A DNA stretch of 63,980 nucleotides, counting the filler, from Octopus bimaculoides (lineage: Eukaryota), in the NCBI RefSeq assembly GCF_001194135.2. It is 8 parts of 7 records of this genome, joined end to end, with 100 filler letters (N's around TTAATTAATTAA, not from the genome) between each part and the next. Parts side by side here need not be neighbours in the genome. Positions count along the whole stretch, not along the records: positions 17,880 to 26,248 come from NC_068983.1; positions 26,349 to 34,406 come from NC_068989.1; positions 34,507 to 45,469 come from NC_068983.1; 5 more parts are not named here. One strand, 5' to 3'. The notes beneath the pieces were generated by a model. That model was not told the DNA's origin, did no database searches, and worked only from the letters and a program-made list of their open reading frames with translations. Position numbers and translations under genes: made by a program. Position 1 is the stretch's first letter. Each line of letters starts with the position of its first letter. Below, piece by piece: positions 23,993 to 37,064 of the stretch.

Positions 23993-24165
23993 TTCTACTC
24001 TTGGCACAAGGCCTGAAATTTTGGAGGTAATGAGCTAAACGATAAAATCGACTCCAATGCTCGATTGCTACATATTTCATTGACCTCCAAAGAATATAAG
24101 GCAAAGTCAACCTCGGTAAAATTTGAACTCAGTCTGTAGACACCGACGAAATGCCACAAACAAAT
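23993..24165 (-). mobile_element. Degenerate SINE family A
   Basis: GCACAAGGCCTGAAATTTTGG ... AAGGCAAAGTCAACCTCGGTAAAATTTGAACTCAG. Confidence 0.7.
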
Positions 24166-24873
24166 TCACATTATCGAAACAGCAAAACTTTTGAAGAAAT
24201 GAAGCAAGTCCTTCTTAGTCCTATCTATAGCGTGTGAGGCATGCCTAATCAATGTGAAGGAGCCATCGTCCCGATAAAAACCACCTCCACAGCTAAGGAA
24301 TTCCCTTTTAAGTTGAAACTGTATATAATAGTACATAAAGCATCGAATGGGTTGCTTGTAGATATTTTGACACATATAGTACCTTCAAAGTTCATCATTA
24401 TTTTTCGAGCTCGTACAGTCACAATATTCCAAAATGCTTAAACGAAGTTTACCCTTTGGGAAAAAGTAATTCTCTAAATAATAACAGCAAGGTTATAGAT
24501 TCGTAATAATTGATAATACTGAATTGCATGAATCTAGTTGACCAGTTTACTCTAAGGTGTCATATTATTTTTAACTTTGTTCATGGGTTTACCGTGTATA
24601 CACGCAATTAATGTGTAAATGCTTAACCTTTCGAACTACATTAGGGATATGAGTACACATTACGTTTCAAAACACATTATATAACTACTATTTAGTTACA
24701 CACACATGCACACACAAACACACATACAACCACACACTCACACACATACGCATACATGTAGATAAATAGATAGGTACGTAACGATGCCAAAGGATATAGC
24801 AAGGAGGGAAAGAATTAATAAGGTGTGATTATACCTATGTTTCTGTCTGTCTGTCTGTCTGTCTACCTATTTA

Positions 24874-24943
<70 letters not shown>

Positions 24944-25329
24944 NNNNNNNNNNNNNNNNNNNNNNNNNNNNNNNNNNNNNNNNNNNNNNNNNNNNNNNNN
25001 NNNNNNNNNNNNNNNNNNNNNNNNNNNNNNNNNNNNNNNNNNNNNNNNNNNNNNNNNNNNNNNNNNNNNNNNNNNNNNNNNNNNNNNNNNNNNNNNNNNN
25101 NNNNNNNNNNNNNNNNNNNNNNNNNNNNNNNNNNNNNNNNNNNNNNNNNNNNNNNNNNNNNNNNNNNNNNNNNNNNNNNNNNNNNNNNNNNNNNNNNNNN
25201 NNNNNNNNNNNNNNNNNNNNNNNNNNNNNNNNNNNNNNNNNNNNNNNNNNNNNNNNNNNNNNNNNNNNNNNNNNNNNNNNNNNNNNNNTACGTTTGTATT
25301 CGTCCCCTCTGTGTTCACCCTTGTGGTCA

Positions 25330-25436
25330 ATAAAGAAAGTTATCTCTCTCTCTCTCTCTCTTTTCTCTCTCTCTTTTCTCTCTCTCTCTTTTCTCTCTCT
25401 ATCTCTTTTCTCTCTCTCTCTTTTCTCTCTCTCTTT

Positions 25437-25471
<35 letters not shown>

Positions 25472-25478
25472 CTGTCTG

Positions 25479-25545
<67 letters not shown>

Positions 25546-25574
25546 GTCTGTCTGTCTGTCTGTCTGTCTCTGTC

Positions 25575-25612
<38 letters not shown>

Positions 25613-25615
25613 ATC
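25330..25615. repeat. Compound (CT)n/(TCTA)n/(TCTG)n microsatellite
   Basis: Simple repeats. Confidence 0.9.
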
Positions 25616-25749
25616 TATCTGTTACATTATATTACATTGCATGCTTCCGCACACGTACGTATAAGAATGTAATGTTCATTTAAGCAAAAATTCAACTTTC
25701 TGTAATGGTTTCAAGTAACCCTTGAAAAACGCACCAGTGGGAGACGACA

Positions 25750-25771
25750 ACAAAACGGCAACGACAACAAT

Positions 25772-25822
<51 letters not shown>

Positions 25823-25999
25823 CAAAACAATATCAGCTACAACGATAACAAATACAAGATGAAGAACAGCATTAACAACAACTACTACAGCAAAGACAAA
25901 GCAACAATACCACAACAACAATCTTATTGCATTAAGAATTGTGACGAGATGGTCGACACAATAATAAGAATAATAACAATAATAATAATGATAATAATG

Positions 26000-26048
<49 letters not shown>

Positions 26049-26072
26049 CAACAACAATAATAATAATAATAA

Positions 26073-26107
<35 letters not shown>

Positions 26108-26138
26108 ATTGTAATAATAATGATGATAATAATAATAA

Positions 26139-26170
<32 letters not shown>

Positions 26171-26210
26171 AAAATAATAATAATAGTAATAATAATGATA
26201 ATAATAATAA

Positions 26211-26248
<38 letters not shown>
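25750..26248. repeat. Compound (AAC)n/(AAT)n/(AGT)n microsatellite with higher-order duplication
   Basis: The block GTAATAATAATGAT..AATAATAATAAT(AGT)n recurs at about 26111 and 26186. Confidence 0.9.
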
Positions 26249-26348
26249 NNNNNNNNNNNNNNNNNNNNNNNNNNNNNNNNNNNNNNNNNNNNTTAATTAA
26301 TTAANNNNNNNNNNNNNNNNNNNNNNNNNNNNNNNNNNNNNNNNNNNN

Positions 26349-26402
<54 letters not shown>

Positions 26403-26468
26403 TATGTATGTATGTATGTATGTATGTATACACACAAAAACATACACACAAATGAGCTAAGAGAAATA

Positions 26469-27058
26469 CGAGGGGTATTGATTAAAGATTTCCCCTACCG
26501 CACTTTCCAAGGACTGGGATAAACGAAACTTGGCATAATTATTAGTCCTTCTCTACATAGCCACCATCAATGGTGACACACTTCTCCCATAGCTTTATGC
26601 GACTGTGAAGACCTCGTCTGTAGAAATCAGTAGGTTGCATCTGGAGCCAAGAATTTACCCTGGAAATAAGTTCATCACCCGAAAACCGCTTCCCCTTCAA
26701 AAAAAACTTCATGGTTGGAAAGTGGTAAAAGTCAGATGGTGCGAGGTCGGGAAAGTAAGTGGGATGAGGAAGGATTTCATAGCCGCAGGAGTGTGCTTTC
26801 ATCTGGACAACATGCGCATTACTGGAGCGTTATCTTTTAGGAGGCGAGCTCCTTTGGTCAGCATGCCCATGCCTCTCTGCTTGGATGGCGTCTCGCAATT
26901 TCTGCAGCAGAGAAGCATATGTCCACTTAATTGTGGTGCCAGAAAATCCATCATCACTATTCTACGATCGTCCCAAAAGACTGTTAGTATCACCTTGCCT
27001 GCTGAGGGTTGTGAGTTATCATACTTCCATGGAGGTTGTGAGTTATCATGCTTCCATT
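26469..27058 (-). mobile_element. Mariner (DD34D) 3' portion, pseudogene
   Basis: TA-CGAGGGG TIR at 26467. SAGKVILTVFWD, LLKDNAP, HPTYFPDLAPSDFYHF (YSPDLAPSD motif), WEKCVTIDGGYVEKD. Confidence 0.9.
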
Positions 27059-28330
27059 GCTAGGACAAAAAATGTGGTTTATCAATGTAAGGTAATGACT
27101 AACACAGAGGTCTCGCATTACATTGGTTGCTCTTCGACGCAGGTCTCTAAGAGAATCTCCAACCATTACTCATCCTTTATGGATATGAATAAAAATAATA
27201 GTACCAGTCTTAGTAAGTTAATCTGGAAACTTAATGACTGCAATAAACAATTCTCTTTGGAATGGTCAATACTGACTACCTCAATACCCTACGACAAGGG
27301 TAAAGATTTTTGTCCTCTCCGTAACTTGGAGCTATTTCACATTCTGTCCTCCAAGAATAATTTAGTGAACCAGATAACACAGAGAGCGTACAGATGTCAG
27401 CATTGGAGGAAACACGCCTTCAGCTCGTTTCATTAATTTCATCGTTTTTACTAATTTTAGTTATTATTATTTCTTTCACCTACCAACATATTCACTTGTT
27501 GTCAGCCACTTTATATGTGGTATGAACTTTGTATTTATTTTTATTTAACTTTAGACAATAACAATAACAGTAGTAATAATAATAAATTTATTTTTACGTT
27601 TAAAATTATAATAATAACAATAATGAGAATAATAACATCATAACATTACCTAAAATAACAATTATATCTAACTCCAACACCATTTGTTTACACACTCCTT
27701 CTCTAGTTTAGTACAGCAGGTTTAAACCCCGGAAAGTTATATTCGTAGAGTTTTAAGTATACATTTATATATATTTACGTATTTACTATCGATTTTGTTA
27801 TCGTAAGCATGTTTATTCTTATTATTTCATCACTTTATAGTTTTGTACCTTGTATTTAGGTTAATTACCATAACTTAATATGATACAACATTAATGGTTA
27901 ATTATATTTACAATCCATCTTTAATTTTCCTTCCTTATAAACGTTTTATTTACATTAGTCGTATATAAAGAATTCATTGGATTCTCTCCCTTTCTCCTTT
28001 CAAATTACAATGAATATTTATTACCATTATTATTAACTTTAAGATTTTTCTGCGGTTCAGTATGTCTTCCTTTAATTTAAACCCTTAGTAGTGCGTTCAT
28101 AACCTAAACAGCTCTCTGTAAACTAGCGTTCTTGTTTCTAACGGTTATTTAACTTAGCTATATAGTAGTAGTCCTCGTACGTAACCTTAGCATTCAACGC
28201 AAGTCTTGCATTTGTAACATGGTTCCCTGAAGATGAAATTATATGTATACCAGCATCTCTTACTTCTTTGGAGTAGTGTGCATATAATTTTTGAAACATA
28301 TGTAGGAATTAAAGGAACTTATTGATTATA
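27058..28330 (+). mobile_element. 5'-truncated Penelope-like element: GIY-YIG endonuclease remnant plus AT-rich pseudo-LTR with hammerhead
   Basis: RTKNVVYQCKV..EVSHYIGCSSTQVSKRISNHYSSF...STSLSKLIWKL...LEWSIL...PY..GKDFCPL..LELFHIL...CQH. Hammerhead at 28223. Confidence 0.85.
28223..28308 (+). ncRNA. Type I hammerhead ribozyme motif, long stem II, GUA site
   Basis: 5'-UUCC CUGAAGA [U GAAAUUAUAUGUAUAC ... GUGUGCAUAUAAUUUU U; 59 nt, 16-bp stem] GAAAC AUAU GUA GGAA-3'. Predicted cut after 28304. Confidence 0.85.
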
Positions 28331-28454
28331 TGCGTTTTGCGCCATTTATCATATATATATATATATATANNNNNNNNNNNNNNNNNNNNNNNNNNNNNNN
28401 NNNNNNNNNNNNNNNNNNNNNNNNNNNNNNNNNNNNNNNNNNNNNNNNNNNNNN

Positions 28455-28495
<41 letters not shown>

Positions 28496-29789
28496 AAGAG
28501 AAGGGTTCAAGAACGAGATATGCTGTACGGTTAAATGGTGATAAACTTTTCTTTTTAGGTTCGATCTTAGGTCTTAGGTTCGAGCCTACGTTTTTTACTT
28601 TTCTAATTTCCTCTCTGTCCCTCTGTCCCTCTCTGTCTCCCTCTCTGTCTCCCTCTCTGTCTCCCTCTCTTTCCCTCTCCCCCTCTCTCCCCCTCTCTCC
28701 TTCTCTTCCTCTCTCTCTCTCATACCATTGCCATTTCTTACTGTTTACCTACCCTTTTATTCTTCACCGTTCCATATTTTTAATGATAATAAATTTATTT
28801 GAGTACCTAAATCTTGTAGTTGCCAGTTTAAATTGTAATCACATCCCAATATAATTTTTTCTCTAATTAGCAATTTGCTACATATTAATAAAAAGGCAGT
28901 TGTAATTTGAATAGAAATTAAAGTTATGAAAGTTCTCTAATTTTCAGATATAAATGTAATCGCCAGACAAATTAAAGATGCATGTGATTGTATAAATGCA
29001 AGCACCGAGTTCTAATGCGAGTGTAAGACGATATAGAAATTTAAAAAACTGAACTGAAATGTTAGACAGAGCGAGAGAGAGAAACGAGGAAAGCCTATGC
29101 AATGAAAAGTCTTGACAGAACTATGTATGTGTGTGTTAGAGTCTAAGTACACCTTAGAGTTACAAACTGTCATGGACGAAAAAAAAGAGGACCACCACAA
29201 ACGAATGCATGTTGATTCGATACGACTTAATACAATGAGATTGTTATCATGGGTGGAGTGCTACATAGCAGAAGTAACATCGCTCTCAAGAGCAAAAGCA
29301 ACACTAGTTATAATATAAATAAAAAATTACATTAAATTGATCGGTGTAAATCAGATACTGCGGTGGACACGTTAGACCTCTCCTACCACAGCTACCGGAG
29401 ATACAAATCATAGACCTATAGGTTGGTGAGCATACATTCGTAGGTGCGTTAGGTTTGTAAACATATTTTGGTGTGCCAGTAAACGTATTCTGATGTGTTA
29501 GTAAACATAGATTGGTATGTTTCGCGTGTATATATACTCGGCATATGAGTGTGTGAAGTATAGTATGTGGATAGATAAATTCTTTATTCTTTTATCCCTT
29601 CATATATTAAAATGAAAGATGAAGAAACCATAAAACTGTAATTTTCTTCTGCACCATCCCCAAAATAAGTAACTGGACTTAAATGTCCATACACGCACAC
29701 CGACTTAGCGATGCCTATCTATATACACGCAGTCCATTCACCGTGACAGAGACACTCACCTTAATATCTTTCTTTCATCATTTATCTAT

Positions 29790-30071
29790 TACTTGTTTCA
29801 GTCTTTAGACTGCTGTCATGCTGGAGCACCACCTTGAAGAGTGTTCTAAATTCTAAAACATGTACGCAAACATATTCATGAAGGGAGGCAAATAACTACC
29901 ATAACCGGGAATTTATATGCATTATAAAGGGCAAATCTTATACATTAGCAACAATTATCTCTTTTGCAGAACCGCTAGTTTACGGGGACATAAACAATCC
30001 AACAAGAGTTGTGAAGAAATGGTAAGCAACAAATACAAAGCACACACATAAGGTTGCGTGTGTGTGCTTGC

Positions 30072-30161
<90 letters not shown>

Positions 30162-30240
30162 AAGACGAGCTTCCACTGTTCTGTCTGCCAAATTCACTAA
30201 CAAGGCATTGGTCAGACCGGGGCTATAGTAGAAGATACAA
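29790..30240 (-). mobile_element. SINE family C fragments (tail 29790-29845, middle 30160-30240) separated by unrelated sequence and microsatellite
   Basis: TTTCAGTCTTTAGACTGCTGTCATGCTGGAGCACC and CTGCCAAATTCACTAACAAGGCATTGGTCAGACCGGGGCTATAGTAGAAGA. Confidence 0.65.
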
Positions 30241-30543
30241 ATAAAAAAAAACGCACGGTCTCTCTCTCTCTCTTTCTCACACATACATATAAACACACAG
30301 ACGTACACTCACACACATTTTCATTCATCCCCATAAATATGGATATAGAATCTGTAACGTAGACAATAGACAAACCTTGGGTACAGAGGGAATGTCATTG
30401 ACGATGTCGTGAACAGCGGCGAAAGGATGTTGATGAACGTAGCTGATTGATTGATTGACCAAACGATTAGCTAATTAGAAGGATTAGCTAAAATTAGATT
30501 AGCAAAGTGGTTAAATGGTTAACCAGCTGACGAATAATAATAA

Positions 30544-30736
30544 TCTTTTCTACTACAGATACAAGGCCTGAAATTTTGGGGGAGGAGATGAATTGATTAA
30601 CTGGTATTTATTTCATAGACACCGAAAGGATGAAAGGCAAAATCGCCCCATCCTAATTTGAACTAAGAACGTAAAAACGGACGAAATGCAACTATGCATT
30701 TTGCCTGGCATGCTAACGATCCTACCAGCTTGCCGC
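30544..30736 (-). mobile_element. SINE family A
   Basis: AAGGCCTGAAATTTTGGGGG ... CCGAAAGGATGAAAGGCAAA ... TGCTAACGATCCTACCAGCTTGCCGC. Confidence 0.75.
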
Positions 30737-30883
30737 TTTTGGCGAATAATAATAATGGAAGGGGGGGAATAGTGCGTGTATTGGCATAATTACCCTACGG
30801 AAGTAAAATTATTTTAGTACACGATTTCACATCAAGAATCCCACAAACCAAATACAGACACAAAATTAATGAAACATATATGA

Positions 30884-30977
<94 letters not shown>

Positions 30978-33008
30978 TTTCTTCTGTCAGTGGATCTTGT
31001 TTCCTAAATACAATCTGAGACATTTTGTTACATTAAAATTCATGAAAAGAGGTGAGGACAGATTCTTACTTATACTTACAAGACACCATTAGTAATGATG
31101 TATCTGGAGGAAAGCTTCATTATATTTGTATTCTTTTACTCGTAGTTCTCAAACCACGCACAAAGAACCGCAACATGCAATGGCATACGCTCGCTATTTT
31201 GACTGCTCAGAACTTTTCACTACTTTCGCCTGCAATTGCAAATAGAAAGAAATTCCAGAAGAGATCCTTCCATTTACAGGAATGATCTTACTGCTGGGGT
31301 TTTCAACTTCAAATTGAGAAATTTAAACATTTGATTACTAAGTGCTAAACATTCAGATAGTTCTAGCCTTGGTTCCAGTATAATTTGAACGTAGAACGTA
31401 AAGAAATGTACCTAAATACCTCGTAAAACTTCTCTCCGTTAATTAACTGATTGTACCTACACTCAAAAAGTTATGTTAGGTAAGATAGATATATTATAAT
31501 AATAATTGCTATTCTTTTTGTCTCAAGTGGTGGTGAAATATAGTTATATATAATGTGTTAATATGTCAAATGACAGGTTTTATTGCACTTATATTAACAT
31601 GCGAGTTGGAAGCAATCAAACAAAGTGAATTTGTAAGATCACTCATAGAATTATGAAAGATTTGCTTTAGGAAGAATGCTATAATGTTATTAGAAAATTC
31701 TTCGCACTTTGAATTTATAGTAAATAGATAATACAAAGAATACTCTTGATACAATATAGATTGCTTTAGCATTTCTCACACTGAAATAAGTGTGGAAAGA
31801 AAGATTCAGTTTAGAAACTGCACAAATATATTTTACTATCTCGACAAGCAGTTCTCTGAAACATATTTGAGAAGAAACTTACAAAATTGATGTTTACAGA
31901 ATATGAAATATATAACCTTTGTATTAATGGCAAATTGCCACAAAATTTTTCAAATAATTCAAAGTAAAATATTAATACAAATACACAGAATAAGAAAAAT
32001 GTTATTCAAATCTATGAAACTTGATTCATGTTATAAATTATATAATTTCGTTATAGCAGGACATTTTAGTTGTTAATTCATGTATTTTTCTTTACAAGCG
32101 CGGGGACAACTACAGCGCATCATTTTAAAATATATCAAATTATATGAAGTAAAGAAAAGTTCATATGCTGTGATAAGAAACAGTCTTTTACACCAAAAGA
32201 TTATTTTATCTAAATCAACGAAAACGATCCGTACAAAATCATAACAATACGTTGAATGAAATAGTAAGTGTTCCTTTTAATTTCTCAAACAAAAGTACGT
32301 TTAATTCTCTCCAAAATTGGGAATGGCCTTCACAGATGTTAACAATTGTCCAAATCTCAATTGTTAAAGCAGCTCAATAAAATGTTATAGATTTACCTTT
32401 CTTATTAATGTCATCTTCTGTGCAATTGTGAATTGCAGTAGATTATAAAACAATATTTGCTTTCTCAAATGCAGTTAAGGTAGAAGGAACTCATATGCGA
32501 ATTTCAATGAACTACATATCAACAAGCAATTTGTGGATTGTTTACTATAAAATCCTGACCTCGGGGATCCAGTCATGGAACTGTGTTGACGGAACGAACC
32601 CAAGGGAATAAAAATACATTATATTTAAGCAAAATAAAATCAATGTTTAAAGCTGTTTAAAAAGGAAAACATGAACGTTTCGCGTTGGTATTTGAATGCT
32701 GTTCCAACGAGTCTGCATATTAGAACTGGATTGGTTATATGGTTTCTAGTAGAAGAGTTTTGGGGGAAGTCTTCGAAGTTGAGCAAAATGTCGACCATAC
32801 GTCAAAGGAAAGAGGGAGAGAAGTAAGCATCTGCAAGTAGGTCTTAGTTGTATGTGCGAGAGATGAAGGAAAGGGTTGACTGGTGTGTGTATGTGTTTGT
32901 GTGTTTGTGTGTGTCTGTGTCTGTCTCTGTATGTGTTACGTATGTATGTGTGCGTGCATGCGTCCGTGTGCGTGCGTGTGCGTCTGTGTGTGTGTATGTG
33001 TGTGTGTA

Positions 33009-34185
33009 CGATGCTGGGCTGAAAAGTTCATAGGCTGACTATAAAGGCGTGATGCTAGAACTGTTAAATTTTGCATGCATTAATTTCAACTCATCTTATT
33101 AACAACTGCATTCTATTTTTCCCTGTAAACTGATAGCTGACTGTTCAAAAAGACTTTTAAAGTGACAGGTAGCAACAGTAAATATGACATCATTATCACT
33201 GTGATACTGCTTCCCAGCCAAGTATCGTTTCCTGTTGGGGACTAGATGATAATCAGACGGGGTCAAATCAGGAGAACAGGGAAGGTGATCAAACCGTTTA
33301 AAGCCACAATCACGCACAGCATCCATCAAAACCAAGGACTTCTCTGCTAGAGTATTGTCCTGATGAAACGAGACCCCCTTTTCCTCAGTTTTCCTGAGCA
33401 TTTGGTCGTGACAACCTTTCGTGACTGCCTCTGCAAGTGGGTGTAGTATCTCCATTGATGGTGTAGCCCTTTTGAAAATAGTCAATAAACACAATGCCTG
33501 TTGCATCCCCAAAATTTGATGTCATCACCTTCCATGAAGACGAAATGCCTTTGGCCTTCTTTGGAGCAGTTGCGGAAGGGGTTTCCATTGCATAGTATGT
33601 CTGTCGTTCAAAGAAATGAACTCAACACTCATCATGACCCGTTCTAGGAAACCAGCTGATCTGCCTCAAATAATGTTAAATTTTCACGTGATGTGATCGG
33701 CCTGGTGTGCTTTTTATAAAATGTCAGAAAACGTGGCACCCACCCGGAAGAAACCTGATAACATAGTCAATCATCTGTCATCCATCATCATGTGTGGACA
33801 CGGTCAACATTTTCCTTGGTGGCGGCAGTTGCAAGACGTCCAAATCTTGGGTCGCCTACAAGACTCTCCCTATCCTTCGTAAATTCAGCTGCCCACTTTT
33901 GCACTGTTGATAAAGCTGACGCGTCATCCGTCAATATATGAACCAAGTCAGCATTAACATCTTTAGGGGCTAAACTCTTTTTCTGTAGGTACTTGATAAA
34001 ACCACGATGACATATTTTGTCCACTTTCAAGAGAAGTTGCTACTAGTTACATTTAAATATTCTTTGAACAGTCAGGTGTCAGTTTACCTGGAAAGAAACA
34101 ATGTAGTTATTAACAAGAAGAGTTGAAATTAATGAATGCAAAATTTCACCACTCTGACATTATTCTTTCATATTCAGCCTTGAAG
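33009..34185 (-). mobile_element. Mariner (DD34D) pseudogene with long (about 150-175 bp) inverted arms
   Basis: MKVDKICHRGFIKYL..VQKWAAEF..DPRFGR / WKVM...GIVFIDYFQKGYTING / FHQDNT..CSPDLTPSDYHL. Positions 33009-33160 are an imperfect reverse complement of 34055-34185. TA at 33007. Confidence 0.9.
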
Positions 34186-34367
34186 GGCTTATTTAGTCGA
34201 GCAAATCGACCCGAGGATTTATTTTAAAGCTTGGTACTTATTCTATCGGTCTCTTTTTGCCGAACTGTTAAATTACGAGTGCGTAAACACACCAACACCG
34301 GTTGTCAAGCGGTGAAGGGAGAACAAACACAGACACAAAGACACACATACACACACACTCACACACA

Positions 34368-34406
<39 letters not shown>
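34186..34406 (-). mobile_element. SINE family C, 3' part, overlapping the mariner end
   Basis: TTTAGTCGAGCAAATCGACCC...CTATCGGTCTCTTTTTGCCGAAC...ACAAACACAGACACA then (CA)n. Confidence 0.8.
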
Positions 34407-34623
34407 NNNNNNNNNNNNNNNNNNNNNNNNNNNNNNNNNNNNNNNNNNNNTTAATTAATTAANNNNNNNNNNNNNNNNNNNNNNNNNNNNNNNNNNNNNN
34501 NNNNNNCACGAAGTATTTTGTGTTATACACAACTTATACAAAATTTTAAAACAAAATAGGTCTTTTAAGAGGTGAAAAATGCAACTTACATGGGAGCCGA
34601 TGTGTCTACCGTCCGTCCATGAT

Positions 34624-34690
<67 letters not shown>

Positions 34691-34696
34691 GTTATA

Positions 34697-34827
34697 TTTA
34701 TTATTCTTAAACAAGAATGTTGTTGACAGGGACTACGAAGTTTTGGCCAACTAAGCAGTCCGTCGATGGCTAGCTGGCCGAAATTTCGGAGTCAGTGCGA
34801 ACAACATTCTTGTTTCAGATTAATAAA
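34697..34827. mobile_element. About 130-bp palindromic MITE-like element
   Basis: Perfect 16-bp IR AAACAAGAATGTTGTT (34709-34724 / 34800-34815) plus inner arms GACTACGAAGTTTTGGCCA / TGGCCGAAATTTCGGAGTC. Confidence 0.55.
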
Positions 34828-35635
34828 TTTGTACTCTATAAAAATATAGGGTAATCCATTAGAATAATAAAAAAAATTGCTTTTATTATAACTGAACATA
34901 AAAACAAATATTAATAGATTATAAATAGATATGTGTATTTATATTTTGGGAGAGAGAGATGATGGAGATACATGTGTGGCGGGGGGTGCGTGTATCTGTG
35001 TATGTGTGTGTAGAAGCTTTAGCGAGGAAGAATGACAGCATAACAATTAAAAACCATCAAACTTTACTCGTAGCTTAATTGACAATCGATTAACCCAGTA
35101 GATTTGGAAATCGGGTTACTGAATCTAGAAGCAGATTTATTGTTCTTTGGATGAAACATCTTGTATGTTGTAAGGTTGAAGTATAGAGTAAGAAATTTTG
35201 CCCTCAAACGCGTTGAGTAATTTTCCTTAAGTTGCAGACACAATGGCTCTATGAATAAGTATGTATGTATGTATGTATGTATGTATGTATGTATGTGTAT
35301 NNNNNNNNNNNNNNNNNNNNNNNNNNNNNNNNNNNNNNNNNNNNNNNNNNNNNNNNNNNNNNNNNNNNNNNNNNNNNNNNNNNNNNNNNNNNNNNNNNNN
35401 NNNNNNNNNNNNNNNNNNNNNNNNNNNNNNNNNNNNNNNNNNNNNNNNNNNNNNNNNNNNNNNNNNNNNNNNNNNNNNNNNNNNNNNNNNNNNNNNNNNN
35501 NNNNNNNNNNNNNNNNNNNNNNNNNNNNNNNNNNNNNNNNNNNNNNNNNNNNNNNNNNNNNNNNNNNNNNNNNNNNNNNNNNNNNNNNNNNNNNNNNNNN
35601 NNNNNNNNNNNNNNNNNNNNNNNNNNNNNNNNNNN

Positions 35636-35683
<48 letters not shown>

Positions 35684-36360
35684 ACGTGTTCTTAATTATA
35701 AGACTGAGAGTCTACGAATCAATGCGTTTAACGGCAGAGTGTAATGATCGCTTATCGCTATGTTCCAATTTCTTTTATCAATTTTCTGTAATGAGGAACA
35801 GTGAAAATTTGTAGAGAAGCTGAAATAGACTCGAGAAGAAAATAGTCCAGAAAAAGGATAAGTGGGTTGCTGCTATGCTTGTTGTAACAGTCATTTTTGT
35901 TGTTAAGACACAAGTTAGCCGTGAAAGTGCAAAACTCTGATCAAAAACACATGGCTATTTCTCTCGAGCATTGTAGCCTTATATGGTTTTTTGTTATTAT
36001 TTCAATTGTACATAATCTAGCTATTTTTTGGGTTTTTTTCAATTGTTTCATTTTAAGGAAATTTAACTGTTATTATTAGCGTTTAGAACGATGATGTAGT
36101 TGTCTCTTTTTTTTAACTCTGGCTCCCATTGTGCCTCAGTCTCACGTGTTGACCTAGTATCAAGCGTGTTATGAGTTGCAGGATGTGTGTGCATGTAGAT
36201 GGTATTGTCTTTGACAAAAGCTTACCTTTGACTGAAACAAGACTAAAGCCAGTTTCGATTTCATCCTTCAACAATTGTCTGAATAATTTCAACTTGATCG
36301 ATATTGCCTTTAAGAAAAGTATAAATATCAGAACTGTATTTTCTCTTTACCTCGAAATCA

Positions 36361-36393
<33 letters not shown>

Positions 36394-36410
36394 TGTATGT
36401 GTGTATGAGT

Positions 36411-36797
36411 GGAGGCGCAATGGCCCAGTGGTTAGGGCAGCGGACTCGCTGTCATAGGATCACGGTTTCGATTCCCAGACCGGGCGTTGTGAGTGTTTAT
36501 TGAGCGAAAATACCTAAAGCACCACGAGGCTCCGGCAGGGGATGGTGGTGAACCCTGCTGTACTCTTCCACCACAACTTTCTCTCATTCTTACTTCCTGT
36601 CTCTGTTGTACATGTAATTCAAAGGGTCAGCCTTGTCACACTGTGTCACGCTGAATATCCCCGAGAACTACGTTAAGGGTACACGTGTCTGTGGATTGCT
36701 CAGCCACTTGCACGTTAATTTCACGAGCAGGCTGTTCTGTTGATTGGATCAACTGGAACCTTCGACGTCGTAAGCGACTGGGTGCCAACGAAACAAC
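36411..36797 (+). mobile_element. SINE family B, full length
   Basis: Near-identical to 4295-4676. Flanked by (TATG)n. Confidence 0.9.
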
Positions 36798-37064
36798 ATG
36801 TATGTATGTATCTATGTATGTATGTTAATTATTTGAATTTGTCTTATAAAGTAGGATTTCGTTTCTAGCAAAGTAACAAAGCTCTATCTCTGGAACTTCA
36901 ATATCGAAAAGAAATGTTACATACTGAACTTCAAATGCTCTTGTATATAATTTCCTACTCTTTTTACATACTTTATTCGTAAAATGCGTGTTAGTTGATC
37001 GCTTTCTTTGTCTGAAAACCCTGGCATTCCGAGGCTACTACTTAGACATTTGCTAACATTATCT

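Noticed and set aside
32670-32725. Minus-strand CGTTGG/CCAACG hairpin followed by GAAAC
   Set aside because: No CUGANGA core and no stem III pair.
36226-36307. Possible 82-nt minus-strand exon (TTTTCTTAAAG|...AAAG|GTAAGC; AISIKLKLFRQLLKDEIETGFSLVSVK)
   Set aside because: The donor is good but the acceptor is weak, the peptide is unrecognised and there are no supporting neighbouring exons. Needs RNA-seq.
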